Part shown: positions 40,930 through 50,999 of the stretch, piece by piece
Numbering within the stretch: position 1 is the stretch's first letter
Layout of the letters: the number at the start of each line of letters is the position of its first letter
Source: Flavobacteriales bacterium
GTDB lineage: Bacteria; Bacteroidota; Bacteroidia; NS11-12g; UBA955
Direction: 5' to 3'
NCBI GenBank assembly: GCA_947496375.1
Contig: CANMCY010000002.1
Coordinates: 53,082-117,081 of the forward strand
DNA: 64,000 nucleotides
The notes under the pieces: model-generated
Told to the model about the DNA's origin: nothing
Databases searched by the model: none
The model's input: the letters and a program-made list of their open reading frames with translations, nothing else
Position numbers and translations under genes: made by a program

Positions 40930-40932
40930 AAT

Positions 40933-41709
40933 ATGAAGAACCTCCTTACAGCAACCCTGATCGTCGGTTTCGCCTTTGGATTTCAATCCTGCAAAAAAGA
41001 GCAAAAACCCACCGATGAAGCGCCCAAAGTATTGAAGGGCTTAACGCTCAACATATTACCAACGTGGGAAGGTGCCACCATGGTAACCGGCAAAATGCAA
41101 TACAGCAAGCCCGACGGCGAAGTTTTGCAGTTGCGCACCTGGGGTATGATTCTGGCCAAACTGGCTTTGGTAAAAAGCGACAATTCCCTCGTAATGCTTG
41201 GTGATGGCTATCAATGGGTGGATGTGGCCAGTGGCCGACTCTCTTTTAACTACCCCGACGTTCCTGTTGGCACGTACAAAGGCATTCAGTTTCAGCTGGG
41301 TCCCGATTCTGCTGCAAACCATGGGGATCCAAACCTATGGCCCTCCAATCATCCGCTCAACGCAAATTTATCCGGTTTGCACTGGGGATGGTCCGGTGGT
41401 TACATTTTTCAGGCGTTTGACGGTGAATTTAAGGATAGTGCCTCTGCTACTGTTACGAAGGGATTCTCTTTTCACACCGCCGGCAATGTGTTCAACCAGC
41501 TGTTTTTTATGCCGTTTAATTTTGAGCTAGCGGGTACACCCAAAACCGCTGTGCTGGAGTTTAAGGCAGATGAATTTTTCAAAAACCCTATCGAACTGCA
41601 TTTGAAGGACAAATCTGTTTCTCATAGCACAGGTAATGACGAAAAAACGCTCATGAGTAAGCTGATTGGCAATGCCTCAGATGCGTTTTCTGTAAAAAGC
41701 GTTAACTAA
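40933..41709 (+). CDS. MbnP-like lipoprotein (partner of di-haem peroxidase)
   Basis: Lipoprotein signal MKNLLTATLIVGFAFGFQSC; Trp-rich 258 aa. It is positioned 2 nt upstream of a MauG/MbnH-like di-haem cytochrome c peroxidase gene, the typical MbnP-MbnH arrangement. The family assignment rests on synteny and size, not on a recognised motif. Confidence 0.45.
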   Translation: MKNLLTATLIVGFAFGFQSCKKEQKPTDEAPKVLKGLTLNILPTWEGATMVTGKMQYSKPDGEVLQLRTWGMILAKLALVKSDNSLVMLGDGYQWVDVASGRLSFNYPDVPVGTYKGIQFQLGPDSAANHGDPNLWPSNHPLNANLSGLHWGWSGGYIFQAFDGEFKDSASATVTKGFSFHTAGNVFNQLFFMPFNFELAGTPKTAVLEFKADEFFKNPIELHLKDKSVSHSTGNDEKTLMSKLIGNASDAFSVKSVN

Positions 41710-41710
41710 A

Positions 41711-42835
41711 ATGAAAAAAGGCTTTTCGGGGCTCTTTATAATAATTGTCGTTGCGGTATTGTTTAATTCCTGCCGCAAAGACCCGTCTCTGCCCGAAGAG
41801 AAGACTCCCTATTCTGTCACCTACATAAACCCCAGAAGCATCTTCCCGGAAAAGTACGGCATGCCGGCCTTACCTGCCGATAACCCCCTCACGGAAGAAG
41901 GGGTTTATCTAGGAAGAATGTTGTTTTATGATCCGGTTCTGTCGATTGATAGTACCGTTTCATGTGCCGGTTGTCATGCTCAACAAAACGCATTTTCCGA
42001 TCCAAAGCCCTATTCTACCGGGGTTTTTGGGTTAACAACCAACCGCAATGCTCAGCCACTGTTTAATTTGGCATACAGCCGGGTTTTCTTTTGGGATGGC
42101 CGTCAGAAAACGCTGCGCGAACTGGCATTAGAGCCCATTCAGGCCCACAATGAAATGGCCATGACGCTGCCCTATCTTCGCAAGCGACTTGCATCTATTC
42201 CCCGGTACCGTGATGCGTTTAATAAGGCATTTGGAAGTGAGCCCGATGTATTTAACATGACGCTGGCCCTTGAGCAGTTTCTGCTTACCATTGTGAGTAA
42301 AGATTCACGCTTTACCCAAATGTGGCCGGGCAATTTCAACATCCTTACTCAGGAGGAAAAAACAGGGTTGCAACTTTTCAACGGTCTAGTCGATGAAGAC
42401 CCGGTAACAGGCGCACTGCGCGGTGGTGCAGACTGTTTTCACTGCCATGGCAGCGTATTTGCCCAGGCGAATAATCCCAATTTTGGAGGCATTGCAAACA
42501 ATGGACTGGATGCAGTAATTACCGATAAAGGATTTGGGGGCATTACCGGAAAAAGCACCGATATCGGAACATTTAAAACACCTTCACTGCTAAACGTTGG
42601 CCTCACCGCACCCTATATGCACGACGGACGCTTTGCCACACTGGATGAGGTAATTGACCACTACAGCGACCAAATAAAATTCAGTTCCCCAAACCTGAAT
42701 CCCCAGATTAAGGTGCATGGCCCTAAACAGCGTCTGCTGACAACCCAAGAAAAAGCCGCACTCAAGGCGTTTCTCCTCACCATGACCGATACGGTATTCA
42801 CCAACAACCCGGCGTACAAGAATCCGTTTAAATAA
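41711..42835 (+). CDS. di-haem cytochrome c peroxidase family protein (MauG/MbnH-like)
   Basis: Two CxxCH haem motifs (CAGCH and CFHCH) in 374 aa with a signal peptide. Confidence 0.8.
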   Translation: MKKGFSGLFIIIVVAVLFNSCRKDPSLPEEKTPYSVTYINPRSIFPEKYGMPALPADNPLTEEGVYLGRMLFYDPVLSIDSTVSCAGCHAQQNAFSDPKPYSTGVFGLTTNRNAQPLFNLAYSRVFFWDGRQKTLRELALEPIQAHNEMAMTLPYLRKRLASIPRYRDAFNKAFGSEPDVFNMTLALEQFLLTIVSKDSRFTQMWPGNFNILTQEEKTGLQLFNGLVDEDPVTGALRGGADCFHCHGSVFAQANNPNFGGIANNGLDAVITDKGFGGITGKSTDIGTFKTPSLLNVGLTAPYMHDGRFATLDEVIDHYSDQIKFSSPNLNPQIKVHGPKQRLLTTQEKAALKAFLLTMTDTVFTNNPAYKNPFK

Positions 42836-42838
42836 GGT

Positions 42839-45517
42839 TTAGTAACTCAGTACGGGCCCCAGCCATCTTTCTGCTTCCTGTAAAGTCCAACCCTTGCGGT
42901 TTGCGTAATCCTGAACCTGGTCTTTTCCTATTTTTCCCAAACCAAAATACTGACTTTCAGGGTGTGCAAAATAAAATCCGCTAACCGCTGCAGCAGGCAA
43001 CATGGCCATACTTTCGGTGAGGGATATTCCCGCGTTTTCGGTGGCACTGAGCAATTTGAATAACGTTGTTTTTTCGGTGTGCTCGGGGCAGGCGGGATAA
43101 CCCGGTGCAGGACGAATGCCCCGGTAATTCTCACGAATCAGGTCTTCGTTGCTGAGGGTTTCAGAATGCGCATAACCCCACCACTGCGTGCGGACCTCGC
43201 GGTGCAGGTATTCGGCGAAAGCCTCTGCCAGCCGGTCGGCGAGGGCCTTGGCCATGATGCTCTTATAGTCATCGTTTTCCTTGTCATATTGGGCCACCAG
43301 TTCGTCTGTACCAATACCTGCCGTAACAGCAAAGCCACCCAGGTAATCAGTTACACCGCTCTCTTTTGTTGCGATGTAATCTGCCAAAGAAATATTGGGA
43401 ATGCCACCGGCCATTTTGCGCTGCTGACGCAGGAAGTGGAAGGTGTCCAGCGCCTGCGTTCTTGCTTCATCCGCATATACAGTAACGTCTTCATCCTTAC
43501 TGCCGGCAGGATAAATGAAAATAACCCCTTTGGCCTGCAGGCGGCTGTGCTGAATGATTTCTTCCAGCATTTCGTTGGCATCGGCAAACAACCGTCGTGC
43601 TTCTTCGCCCACTATGCTGTCTTGCAAAATATTGGGGTAGCGGCCTGCCAGTTCCCATGTCTGGAAGAAAGGCGTCCAGTCTATGAATTCGCGGAGTGTG
43701 TTCAAATCCGCACTCACGGTTTTCACCCCGGTGAATGCAGGTTTTTCGGGGATATAGTCAGTGGCTGATGTTTGAAAACGGTTGGCCCGGGCTTCATTCA
43801 GGGTTAGCAGTTGTTTATCGCTTTGTCTGCGGGCGTGATCAGCCGCCATGCGCTCATATTCCTCGCGCAATTGCTGTTCGAAACCGGGTTTGGTTTCGGG
43901 ATTTAAGAGATTTCCTGCCACAGGCACACTGCGACTGGCGTCCAGCACATGCACTACCGGATGCTTGTATTTGGGTGCGATTTTAACCGCTGTGTGCACT
44001 TTGCTGGTTGTGGCTCCGCCGATAAGCAAGGGCGTATTCATGCCCAGACGCTCCATTTCGGAGGCCACGTGCACCATTTCATCCAGGCTGGGTGTAATCA
44101 GGCCGCTAAGGCCGATGATATCGGCGCCCCATTCGCGGGCTTCTGCCAGGATTTTATCCGTGGGCACCATTACACCAATGTCTTTTATCTCGTAGTTATT
44201 GCAGGCCATTACCACGCCCACAATGTTTTTACCGATGTCGTGCACATCGCCTTTTACGGTAGCCAGCAATATTTTACCCTGAGCCCTCGCACCGGGATTG
44301 GCCGCTTTTTGCGCCTCAAGGTAAGGTTGCAGATAGGCAACGGCTTTTTTCATCACACGGGCGCTTTTTACCACCTGCGGAAGGAACATTTTTCCTTCGC
44401 CAAACAAATCTCCCACCACATTCATGCCGTCCATCAGCGGGCCCTCAATTACTTTAAGGGGTTCACCCAGTTTCTGGTGGGCCTCTTCGGCATCTTCCTC
44501 AATAAATTCGGTTATCCCTTTAATCAAGCTGTGGGTGAGACGTTCTTCCACGGTTCCTTTGCGCCATTCAGCTTCTTCAACGGTTTCTTCTTTTTTGGCT
44601 TTTACGGTTTCGGCAAAGGTTACCAGCCGCTCGGTGGCGTCTTCCCTTCGGTTCAGCAGCACATCCTCCACCCGCTCCAGCAATTCCTTGGGAATCTCGT
44701 CATACACCTCAATCATACCGGCATTCACAATACCCATATCCAGTCCGGCTTTGATGGCATGGTACAGGAATGCACTGTGCATGGCTTCGCGCACAACATC
44801 GTTGCCTCGGAAACTGAATGAAATGTTTGAAATACCGCCGCTTACGCGCGCTCCCGGCAGATTCTGCTTTATCCAGCAAGTGGCTTCAATAAAGTCGACG
44901 GCGTAATTATTATGTTCATCTATGCCGGTAGCAACAGTCAGGATATTGGGGTCGAAAATGATGTCATAGGCGGGAAAACCGGCTTTTTCTGTAAGAATTT
45001 TGTAGCTGCGTTCGCACACTTCAATCTTGCGTGCGAAGGAATCGGCCTGTCCGGTTTCATCAAATGCCATTACCACCACGGCGGCTCCATATTTGCGAAC
45101 CTTTTTGGCCCTTTTAATGAATTCCTCTTCTCCGTCCTTCAAACTTATGGAATTTACAATGCCCTTGCCCTGCAAGCATTTCAGACCCGCTTCAATGACC
45201 TCCCATTTGGAGGAATCAATCATTACCGGCACACGGCTGATATCGGGTTCAGAAGCAAGTAAATTCAGGAAAGTAACCATGGCAGCAGGTCCGTCTAGCA
45301 TGCCTTCGTCCATGTTCACATCAATCACCTGAGCGCCGTTTTCCACCTGCTGTCGGGCAACATCCAGCGCAGCGTTGTAATCTCCGGCCAGAATGAGTTT
45401 GGCAAATTTGCGGCTGCCGGTAACATTGGTTCTTTCGCCAATATTCACAAAATTGGTCTCGGCGGTAAGGGTAAAGGGCTCAAGGCCGCTGAGTCTGAGG
45501 GTAGGAACAATGTGCAC
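42839..45517 (-). CDS. metH: methionine synthase (cobalamin-dependent) lacking the N-terminal homocysteine-binding domain
   Basis: Begins directly with the pterin-binding (methyltetrahydrofolate) domain, [15 protein letters not shown]. The B12-binding cap and DxHxxG ([14 protein letters not shown]) follow, then the C-terminal AdoMet reactivation domain. It is 892 aa, against ~1230 aa for the full-length enzyme. Confidence 0.85.
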   Translation of the reverse strand: MHIVPTLRLSGLEPFTLTAETNFVNIGERTNVTGSRKFAKLILAGDYNAALDVARQQVENGAQVIDVNMDEGMLDGPAAMVTFLNLLASEPDISRVPVMIDSSKWEVIEAGLKCLQGKGIVNSISLKDGEEEFIKRAKKVRKYGAAVVVMAFDETGQADSFARKIEVCERSYKILTEKAGFPAYDIIFDPNILTVATGIDEHNNYAVDFIEATCWIKQNLPGARVSGGISNISFSFRGNDVVREAMHSAFLYHAIKAGLDMGIVNAGMIEVYDEIPKELLERVEDVLLNRREDATERLVTFAETVKAKKEETVEEAEWRKGTVEERLTHSLIKGITEFIEEDAEEAHQKLGEPLKVIEGPLMDGMNVVGDLFGEGKMFLPQVVKSARVMKKAVAYLQPYLEAQKAANPGARAQGKILLATVKGDVHDIGKNIVGVVMACNNYEIKDIGVMVPTDKILAEAREWGADIIGLSGLITPSLDEMVHVASEMERLGMNTPLLIGGATTSKVHTAVKIAPKYKHPVVHVLDASRSVPVAGNLLNPETKPGFEQQLREEYERMAADHARRQSDKQLLTLNEARANRFQTSATDYIPEKPAFTGVKTVSADLNTLREFIDWTPFFQTWELAGRYPNILQDSIVGEEARRLFADANEMLEEIIQHSRLQAKGVIFIYPAGSKDEDVTVYADEARTQALDTFHFLRQQRKMAGGIPNISLADYIATKESGVTDYLGGFAVTAGIGTDELVAQYDKENDDYKSIMAKALADRLAEAFAEYLHREVRTQWWGYAHSETLSNEDLIRENYRGIRPAPGYPACPEHTEKTTLFKLLSATENAGISLTESMAMLPAAAVSGFYFAHPESQYFGLGKIGKDQVQDYANRKGWTLQEAERWLGPVLSY

Positions 45518-45669
45518 TTGCCGTAAAATTGAACTGCAAATTTCGGGTTTTTCAATGGAATTCTAATATATTCACATAATTGACGTATCTTTGTGGAACA
45601 AATGGGGTTAAGTTTCCCTGAATCTTTTACACAACGATATCTGTCACACCCCGCATTCAAACCGTATTA

Positions 45670-47394
45670 ATGACTAAATTTAAAGAACTGGGCTTAGACC
45701 CTGAATTTCTGCTTGCCCTTGAAAAACTGGGCTTTGAAACGCCCACGCCGGTGCAGGCCCAAGCAATACCTGCACTATTAGAAGAAAACACCGATCTGGT
45801 GGCCCTGGCGCAGACAGGAACCGGAAAAACTGCTGCTTTTGGCCTGCCTTTGTTGCAAAAACTGGAATTTTCCGGATTTACCGAAGGGTTGGTACTCGCT
45901 CCCACCCGCGAGCTTTGCATGCAAATCTCACGCGATCTGGAAACCTTTGCGGCTTTCAAGCCGGGTGTGAGCATTGTGCCTGTGTATGGCGGTGCCAGCA
46001 TACGCGATCAAATTTCTCTGCTGAAACGCGGAGCCAATGTGGTGGTAGCCACCCCCGGCCGATTGATTGACCTATTGGAAAGAAAAGCCGTTCACCTGGA
46101 TCAGATTAGGGTGATTGTGCTGGACGAAGCCGATGAAATGCTGAACATGGGCTTTCAGGAAGATATTGACCATATTCTGTCGCATGCTCCCAAAGAGCGT
46201 CAGACCTGCCTGTTCAGTGCCACCATGCCTCCCGAGGTGCGCAATATATCCAAGCGATACATGCACAATCCCCGGGAAATTAGTCTGGCGGCCAACACCT
46301 CCAATGCCAATATTGAACACCACTATTACGTGGTAAGGGAAAAGAACCGTTACGAAGCTGTTAAACGCATTCTGGACGTTGTTCCGGATGTGTATGGCAT
46401 CCTGTTCGCCCAAACCCGGAGTTTGTGTCAGGAATTGGCTGAAAAGCTCATCCACGATGGCTACAATGCCGATTCACTGCACGGTGATTTAAGCCAGGCG
46501 CAGCGCGACAAGGTGATGGGGCGTTTTCGTAATAAAAACCTCAATGTACTGGTAGCTACTGACGTGGCTGCACGCGGCATTGATGTGAGCGATATTACCC
46601 ACGTAATCAACTACAGTTTGCCCAACGAACTGGAAGTATATACCCACCGAAGCGGCCGTACAGCCCGTGCCGGCAAAAAAGGTATTTCCATCAGCATCAT
46701 AGGGCAGCGCGATCTGCAGAAAGTGCATCGCCTGGAAAAAATGACCAAGGCGCGTTTCACCCAGATGCAGGTTCCTGCAGGAGATGACGTGGTAAGGGCT
46801 AAATTTTCGCACTTTGTTGATGAACTCGCAGCGGAAGAGCCCGATCAGCAGAGCATTCATGCTTATCTCAGCATTTTCTATGAGAAGATGAAGAAAATCA
46901 CCCGTGAGGAGCTGATTGAAAAACTGGCCAGTCTTGAGTTGCGCAAATTCATAGAGTACTATGAAGGCGCTTCCGATATAAATGATATGTCTTCAGGGCG
47001 CAGAGAGCGCGGCAATGAAGGCGGAAACGGTCAATTTCAAAAATTCTTTTTATCGGTTGGAGAACTGGATGGTTTCGACAAGAAAACCATGCTCCGCTGG
47101 CTGAATGATTGTGGTTTGGGCAATGTAGATTTTGGCAAAATCAGAATTCACCGCACACATACTTTTGTGGAAGCCGATCAGGATAGCACACAACGCATCA
47201 TGGACACCCTTAACAATGAGAAGGTGAACGATCGTAAGGTTAGGGTTGAACTGCAGGGCATGTCTGAAGACGGATTTACCAAGCGCAAAAAGCCCGGTGA
47301 TAAAGGCAAACCCGGAGATTTTGAAAAACGCGGTTATTACAGCAAAGGCAAAGACCAGGGCGGCGACAAGAAAAAGTTTAAAAAACGGTACTAA
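45670..47394 (+). CDS. DEAD-box ATP-dependent RNA helicase with C-terminal RNA-binding extension
   Basis: Q motif, AQTGTGKT, PTRELCMQI, DEAD (VLDEADEM), SAT and HRSGRTAR motifs. A C-terminal DbpA-like domain and a Gly/Lys-rich tail follow. Confidence 0.92.
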   Translation: MTKFKELGLDPEFLLALEKLGFETPTPVQAQAIPALLEENTDLVALAQTGTGKTAAFGLPLLQKLEFSGFTEGLVLAPTRELCMQISRDLETFAAFKPGVSIVPVYGGASIRDQISLLKRGANVVVATPGRLIDLLERKAVHLDQIRVIVLDEADEMLNMGFQEDIDHILSHAPKERQTCLFSATMPPEVRNISKRYMHNPREISLAANTSNANIEHHYYVVREKNRYEAVKRILDVVPDVYGILFAQTRSLCQELAEKLIHDGYNADSLHGDLSQAQRDKVMGRFRNKNLNVLVATDVAARGIDVSDITHVINYSLPNELEVYTHRSGRTARAGKKGISISIIGQRDLQKVHRLEKMTKARFTQMQVPAGDDVVRAKFSHFVDELAAEEPDQQSIHAYLSIFYEKMKKITREELIEKLASLELRKFIEYYEGASDINDMSSGRRERGNEGGNGQFQKFFLSVGELDGFDKKTMLRWLNDCGLGNVDFGKIRIHRTHTFVEADQDSTQRIMDTLNNEKVNDRKVRVELQGMSEDGFTKRKKPGDKGKPGDFEKRGYYSKGKDQGGDKKKFKKRY

Positions 47395-47425
47395 ACAATA
47401 AGGGCTTGCCCCTTGTTTGTTAGGG

Positions 47426-48115
47426 GTGAAACATTTTGTTATTGCCGGCGGAAGCCATGGTATTGGGCTGGAAATTGTTCAGCAATTGCTGAACCAAGGG
47501 AATAAAGTAACCTGCATCAGTCGCACGGCGCCTGGCATTGCACATGAAGCGCTAAACCATATTGCCCACGATTTTTCTCAGCCATCAGAATTGCCCGCGA
47601 TAGATGGCCCCATTGATGGCGTGGCGTATTGTCCAGGCAGCATCAATTTAAAAATGTTCCGGAGCTTAAAGCCCGAGGAATTTCAGCAGGATTTCGACCT
47701 AAATGTGATGGGAGCGGTTCGGTTGTTGCAGAAACTGCAATTAGGACTGAAAGCCGTTCCGGGTTCGTCGGTAGTGCTTTTCAGCACGGTAGCCGTGCAG
47801 CAGGGCATGGCCTTCCACAGCAGCATTGCGGCCGCCAAAGGCGCCATTGAGGGGTTAACCCGCAGTTTAGCGGCGGAATGGGCCCCTTCTATTCGTGTTA
47901 ACGCCATTGCGCCGAGTCTGGTGGAAACGCCACTTTCGGCCAAATTGCTATCCAGTCCGGAAAAGGCCGAGGCATCGGCCAAACGCCACCCGCTGGCGCG
48001 TGTGGGCAGGCCTGAAGACATTGCCTCGCTGGCCGTTTTTCTGCTGGGTGATAAAAGCGGCTGGATTACCGGCCAGGTGATGGGGGTAGATGGGGGGATG
48101 TCGGCACTTCGTTAA
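47426..48115 (+). CDS. SDR family oxidoreductase
   Basis: GGSHGIGLEI cofactor motif, with catalytic Ser, Tyr and Lys in AKGAIEGLTRSLA. Probable GTG start at 47426 (MKHFVIAGG); the listed ORF begins at the TTG at 47417. Confidence 0.75.
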   Translation: MKHFVIAGGSHGIGLEIVQQLLNQGNKVTCISRTAPGIAHEALNHIAHDFSQPSELPAIDGPIDGVAYCPGSINLKMFRSLKPEEFQQDFDLNVMGAVRLLQKLQLGLKAVPGSSVVLFSTVAVQQGMAFHSSIAAAKGAIEGLTRSLAAEWAPSIRVNAIAPSLVETPLSAKLLSSPEKAEASAKRHPLARVGRPEDIASLAVFLLGDKSGWITGQVMGVDGGMSALR

Positions 48116-48179
48116 AAATTAATTGGTTTTTTAATAAAACCCTTTATCTAAATGCATTTCATGGGTGTATTTTCGCCCC

Positions 48180-49607
48180 ATGAAACTCACGGTTTGGGGT
48201 GCAGCACAGCAGGTTACCGGCAGCAAGCATTTATTGGAATTGCCCGGTGGCACGCGGGTGCTGGTGGATTGCGGCCTAGACTATGATAAACGCAGTGAGT
48301 TTGAAGAACGCAACAGCCGTTTTCCTTTTGATCCCAAAAGCATTGATTTGCTGATATTGACGCATGCCCACATCGACCACAGTGGCAATGTTCCCAACCT
48401 GATCCGTCAGGGTTTTAGCGGTAAAATATTGTGTACACCGCCTACACTGGAGCTCAGCGACTACCTGCTGCAGGATAGTCTGAATATACAGCGCATGGAA
48501 ATTGCCGCTAAGATGAAGGCGCTGAAGCGTAAACACAATAAAAAAGGAAAACACTACGGTGGCAGCGAGCCTCAGCCGCTGTATGCCCGCAAGCACATAG
48601 CGGACATGCTGGACATGGCCCTGCTGATGGAATACGGACACAAATACGAATTCAACGAAGAACTCAGCGTAGAGTTTCTGCAGGCCGGACATATTTTGGG
48701 TGCCGGCAGTGCGGTGCTGCATGTGAAAACACCCGAAGGTGTTAAAACCATTGGTTTTACCGGAGATCTGGGCAATTACCAAAGCAAACTGGTGCCCGAC
48801 CCACAACCCATGCCTCAGCCGGATTATATCATTTCCGAAAGCACTTACGGGGGCCGGAATCATGTGGTTTCGCCCATGCGTGCAGAAGAAGAACTGCTAA
48901 AGCATGTGCAGGAAACCTGCGTGGAAAAGGGCGGTAAGCTGGTGATTCCCGCGTTTAGTGTGGGGCGCACACAGGCCATTATTTTCACACTGAATCAGCT
49001 TTACAGGGCGGGCAGGTTTCCCAATGTAAAGGTGTTTACGGATAGTCCTTTGGCCATTCGCAGCACCTCGGTATATCAGCATAATGTAGACCACCTGAAT
49101 GAGGAGGCGGCTGCATTTCAGAAGCAATATGGCTCATTGTTTGATTTTCCGCTGTTGCATGTGGTGGAACACGAAAGAGAAAGCGATTTACTGAGCGTAT
49201 TGCCGGAGCCCTGTGTGATTATCTCCGCAGCGGGTATGGTAGAGGGAGGCAGGATTCAGATGCACGTGAGAAACAATGTGGGCGATGCACGCAACACCAT
49301 ACTGATAGCCGGTTTTTGTGCCGAGGGAACGCTGGGACACCGCTTGTTGCAGGGGCAGAATTTTGTGGAGATTAACTACAAGCAAAGGCCTGTGCGTGCG
49401 GATATCAGAAGAACGGATGCATTTAGCGCCCACCCGGATCATGCGGGTCTGTTGAAATACCTAAAAGCCAGTGCGGGCAAGAATACCCGAGGAATATTCC
49501 TGGTGCACGGAGATGCCCGTCAGATGGAGCAACTGGCTGCCGATGTAGATTTCAGCCGCGCTATTATCCCTGTAAAAGGCCATAGCTACAACCTGATGGA
49601 GATGTAA
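48180..49607 (+). CDS. MBL-fold metallo-hydrolase, beta-CASP ribonuclease family
   Basis: The HxHxDH motif (LTHAHIDHSGN) and downstream beta-CASP motifs are present. 475 aa from the ATG at 48180. Confidence 0.75.
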   Translation: MKLTVWGAAQQVTGSKHLLELPGGTRVLVDCGLDYDKRSEFEERNSRFPFDPKSIDLLILTHAHIDHSGNVPNLIRQGFSGKILCTPPTLELSDYLLQDSLNIQRMEIAAKMKALKRKHNKKGKHYGGSEPQPLYARKHIADMLDMALLMEYGHKYEFNEELSVEFLQAGHILGAGSAVLHVKTPEGVKTIGFTGDLGNYQSKLVPDPQPMPQPDYIISESTYGGRNHVVSPMRAEEELLKHVQETCVEKGGKLVIPAFSVGRTQAIIFTLNQLYRAGRFPNVKVFTDSPLAIRSTSVYQHNVDHLNEEAAAFQKQYGSLFDFPLLHVVEHERESDLLSVLPEPCVIISAAGMVEGGRIQMHVRNNVGDARNTILIAGFCAEGTLGHRLLQGQNFVEINYKQRPVRADIRRTDAFSAHPDHAGLLKYLKASAGKNTRGIFLVHGDARQMEQLAADVDFSRAIIPVKGHSYNLMEM

Positions 49608-49654
49608 CCTCTGTGTCCGAAGTTGGTAGACTTCGTGAAGCGGTGTAACTTTTC

Positions 49655-50290
49655 TATGCCACTCCTACGGAGTTGAGGATTCGTTTTGCGGCTGTGTTAT
49701 TAATATATCACCCCTATGGGGCTTTATGTGCGTTGCTTGCAGGCAATACGAACCTAAGACCCACCTTGCAGCACATTTCAGCTCCGTAGGAGCGGCATTT
49801 TTATAGAAAATGCCATAATTGATACACGAAACTCCGAAGGAGTGAAATAGCGGATTAATCATAGAGTTTCTATGCCGCACCTACGGCGCTGAGGGGACGT
49901 TTTCAGGCGGTGTTATTACTATGTCGCCCCGATGGGGCTTATGCGTCCTGCTTTTAGAAAACACAAACCTGACGTAAACCGGCAAGCCATGCATTTCAGC
50001 TCCGTAGGAGCGGCATTTTAATAAAAAACGCCATAATGGATACACCAAGCGCCGTAGGTGTGACATAACGAGCCAATAACCTTCACAGCGGCTGTCACCC
50101 TCCGGTTTGCGGCCTCCCAAAATGCCTAAAACAGTGATTGGCGGGGACGCCAACTACACGGCGACGGTGTAGGTCGCACAAGGGTTTGTATTAGCTCCGA
50201 AGGAGCGGCATTTTTATAGAAAATGCCATAATCGATACACGGAACTCCGAAGGAGTGAAATAACGGGCATCCGACGCCGCCACACAGCCG
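49655..50290. repeat. Array of >=3 copies (reverse orientation) of the dispersed hairpin-module repeat
   Basis: agctccgtaggagcggcatttttatagaaaatgccataattgatacacgaaactccgaaggagtgaaatagcggattaatcatagagtttc is the reverse complement of the unit at 20900-21000. Further copies lie at ~49997-50065 and ~50111-50290, the latter including the ctaaaacagtgattggcggggacgccaactacacggcgacgg module. Confidence 0.85.
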
Positions 50291-50354
50291 GATTCTCTTC
50301 TTTAACCATTACCTTATAAGTATGCCCCCTTAAGGCCTTGGCAGGGTTGCCTTT

Positions 50355-50843
50355 TCAGACCACCATCCTTCTAAAAAATGACCTAAACTGCCGCGTTTTG
50401 CGGAATTCAGCAAAGACCTCCTCCGGGATTGCATAAATATCAATGTGTTTATCATACAACGCATTATAAATGTATATCACTTCATCAAAAGTAAGTGGGG
50501 GTTTAAACTCCTGTATCTTAGCTATTACCTCCGCTGCCACCAGCGGCGCATGCATCGCTTCCCTGACCTTGCGGGCGGCAGCACGGCGGTACCATTCGGA
50601 GCGGATGGGTTCATCATAAATAAAATAATGCGTCAAGCCCTCCGTCTGACTATCCAATAGTCTGTCCATATTCTCTTCGCTAAAACAACCCAGTGAACGC
50701 AATTCCTTTTGCAATGCAAAAATCTGGTGTAGCTGTTTCATGAATTCCTGCGGCGGATAACGCATATCACCCTGCCGGTTTTTCGCTTTAAGTTTCAAAT
50801 AAACATCCAGGTATTTATCAATAAAAAAACCCTTGTTTTTCAT
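50355..50843 (-). CDS. hypothetical protein
   Basis: 162-aa ORF with coding-like composition and no signal peptide. No motif recognised. Confidence 0.4.
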   Translation of the reverse strand: MKNKGFFIDKYLDVYLKLKAKNRQGDMRYPPQEFMKQLHQIFALQKELRSLGCFSEENMDRLLDSQTEGLTHYFIYDEPIRSEWYRRAAARKVREAMHAPLVAAEVIAKIQEFKPPLTFDEVIYIYNALYDKHIDIYAIPEEVFAEFRKTRQFRSFFRRMVV

Positions 50844-50999
50844 GGCTCAATTGCAATATAAGGAATTTGGACCAAAAAGTCAAGAGAAATCGGTCTGTGC
50901 CTTTGCAGAAAAGCAATTCCAAATCATACCCGGCACTGATGTCTGTCACACCGCACGCAACAGGCCCAAAACAACTTTGCAGTTCTAATAATAAAGCAA

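Noticed and set aside
45518-45669. Possible cobalamin or SAM riboswitch upstream of metH
   Set aside because: The intergenic region is only ~150 nt and is shared with a divergent gene. No B12-box or SAM-riboswitch-like conserved segments were recognisable.
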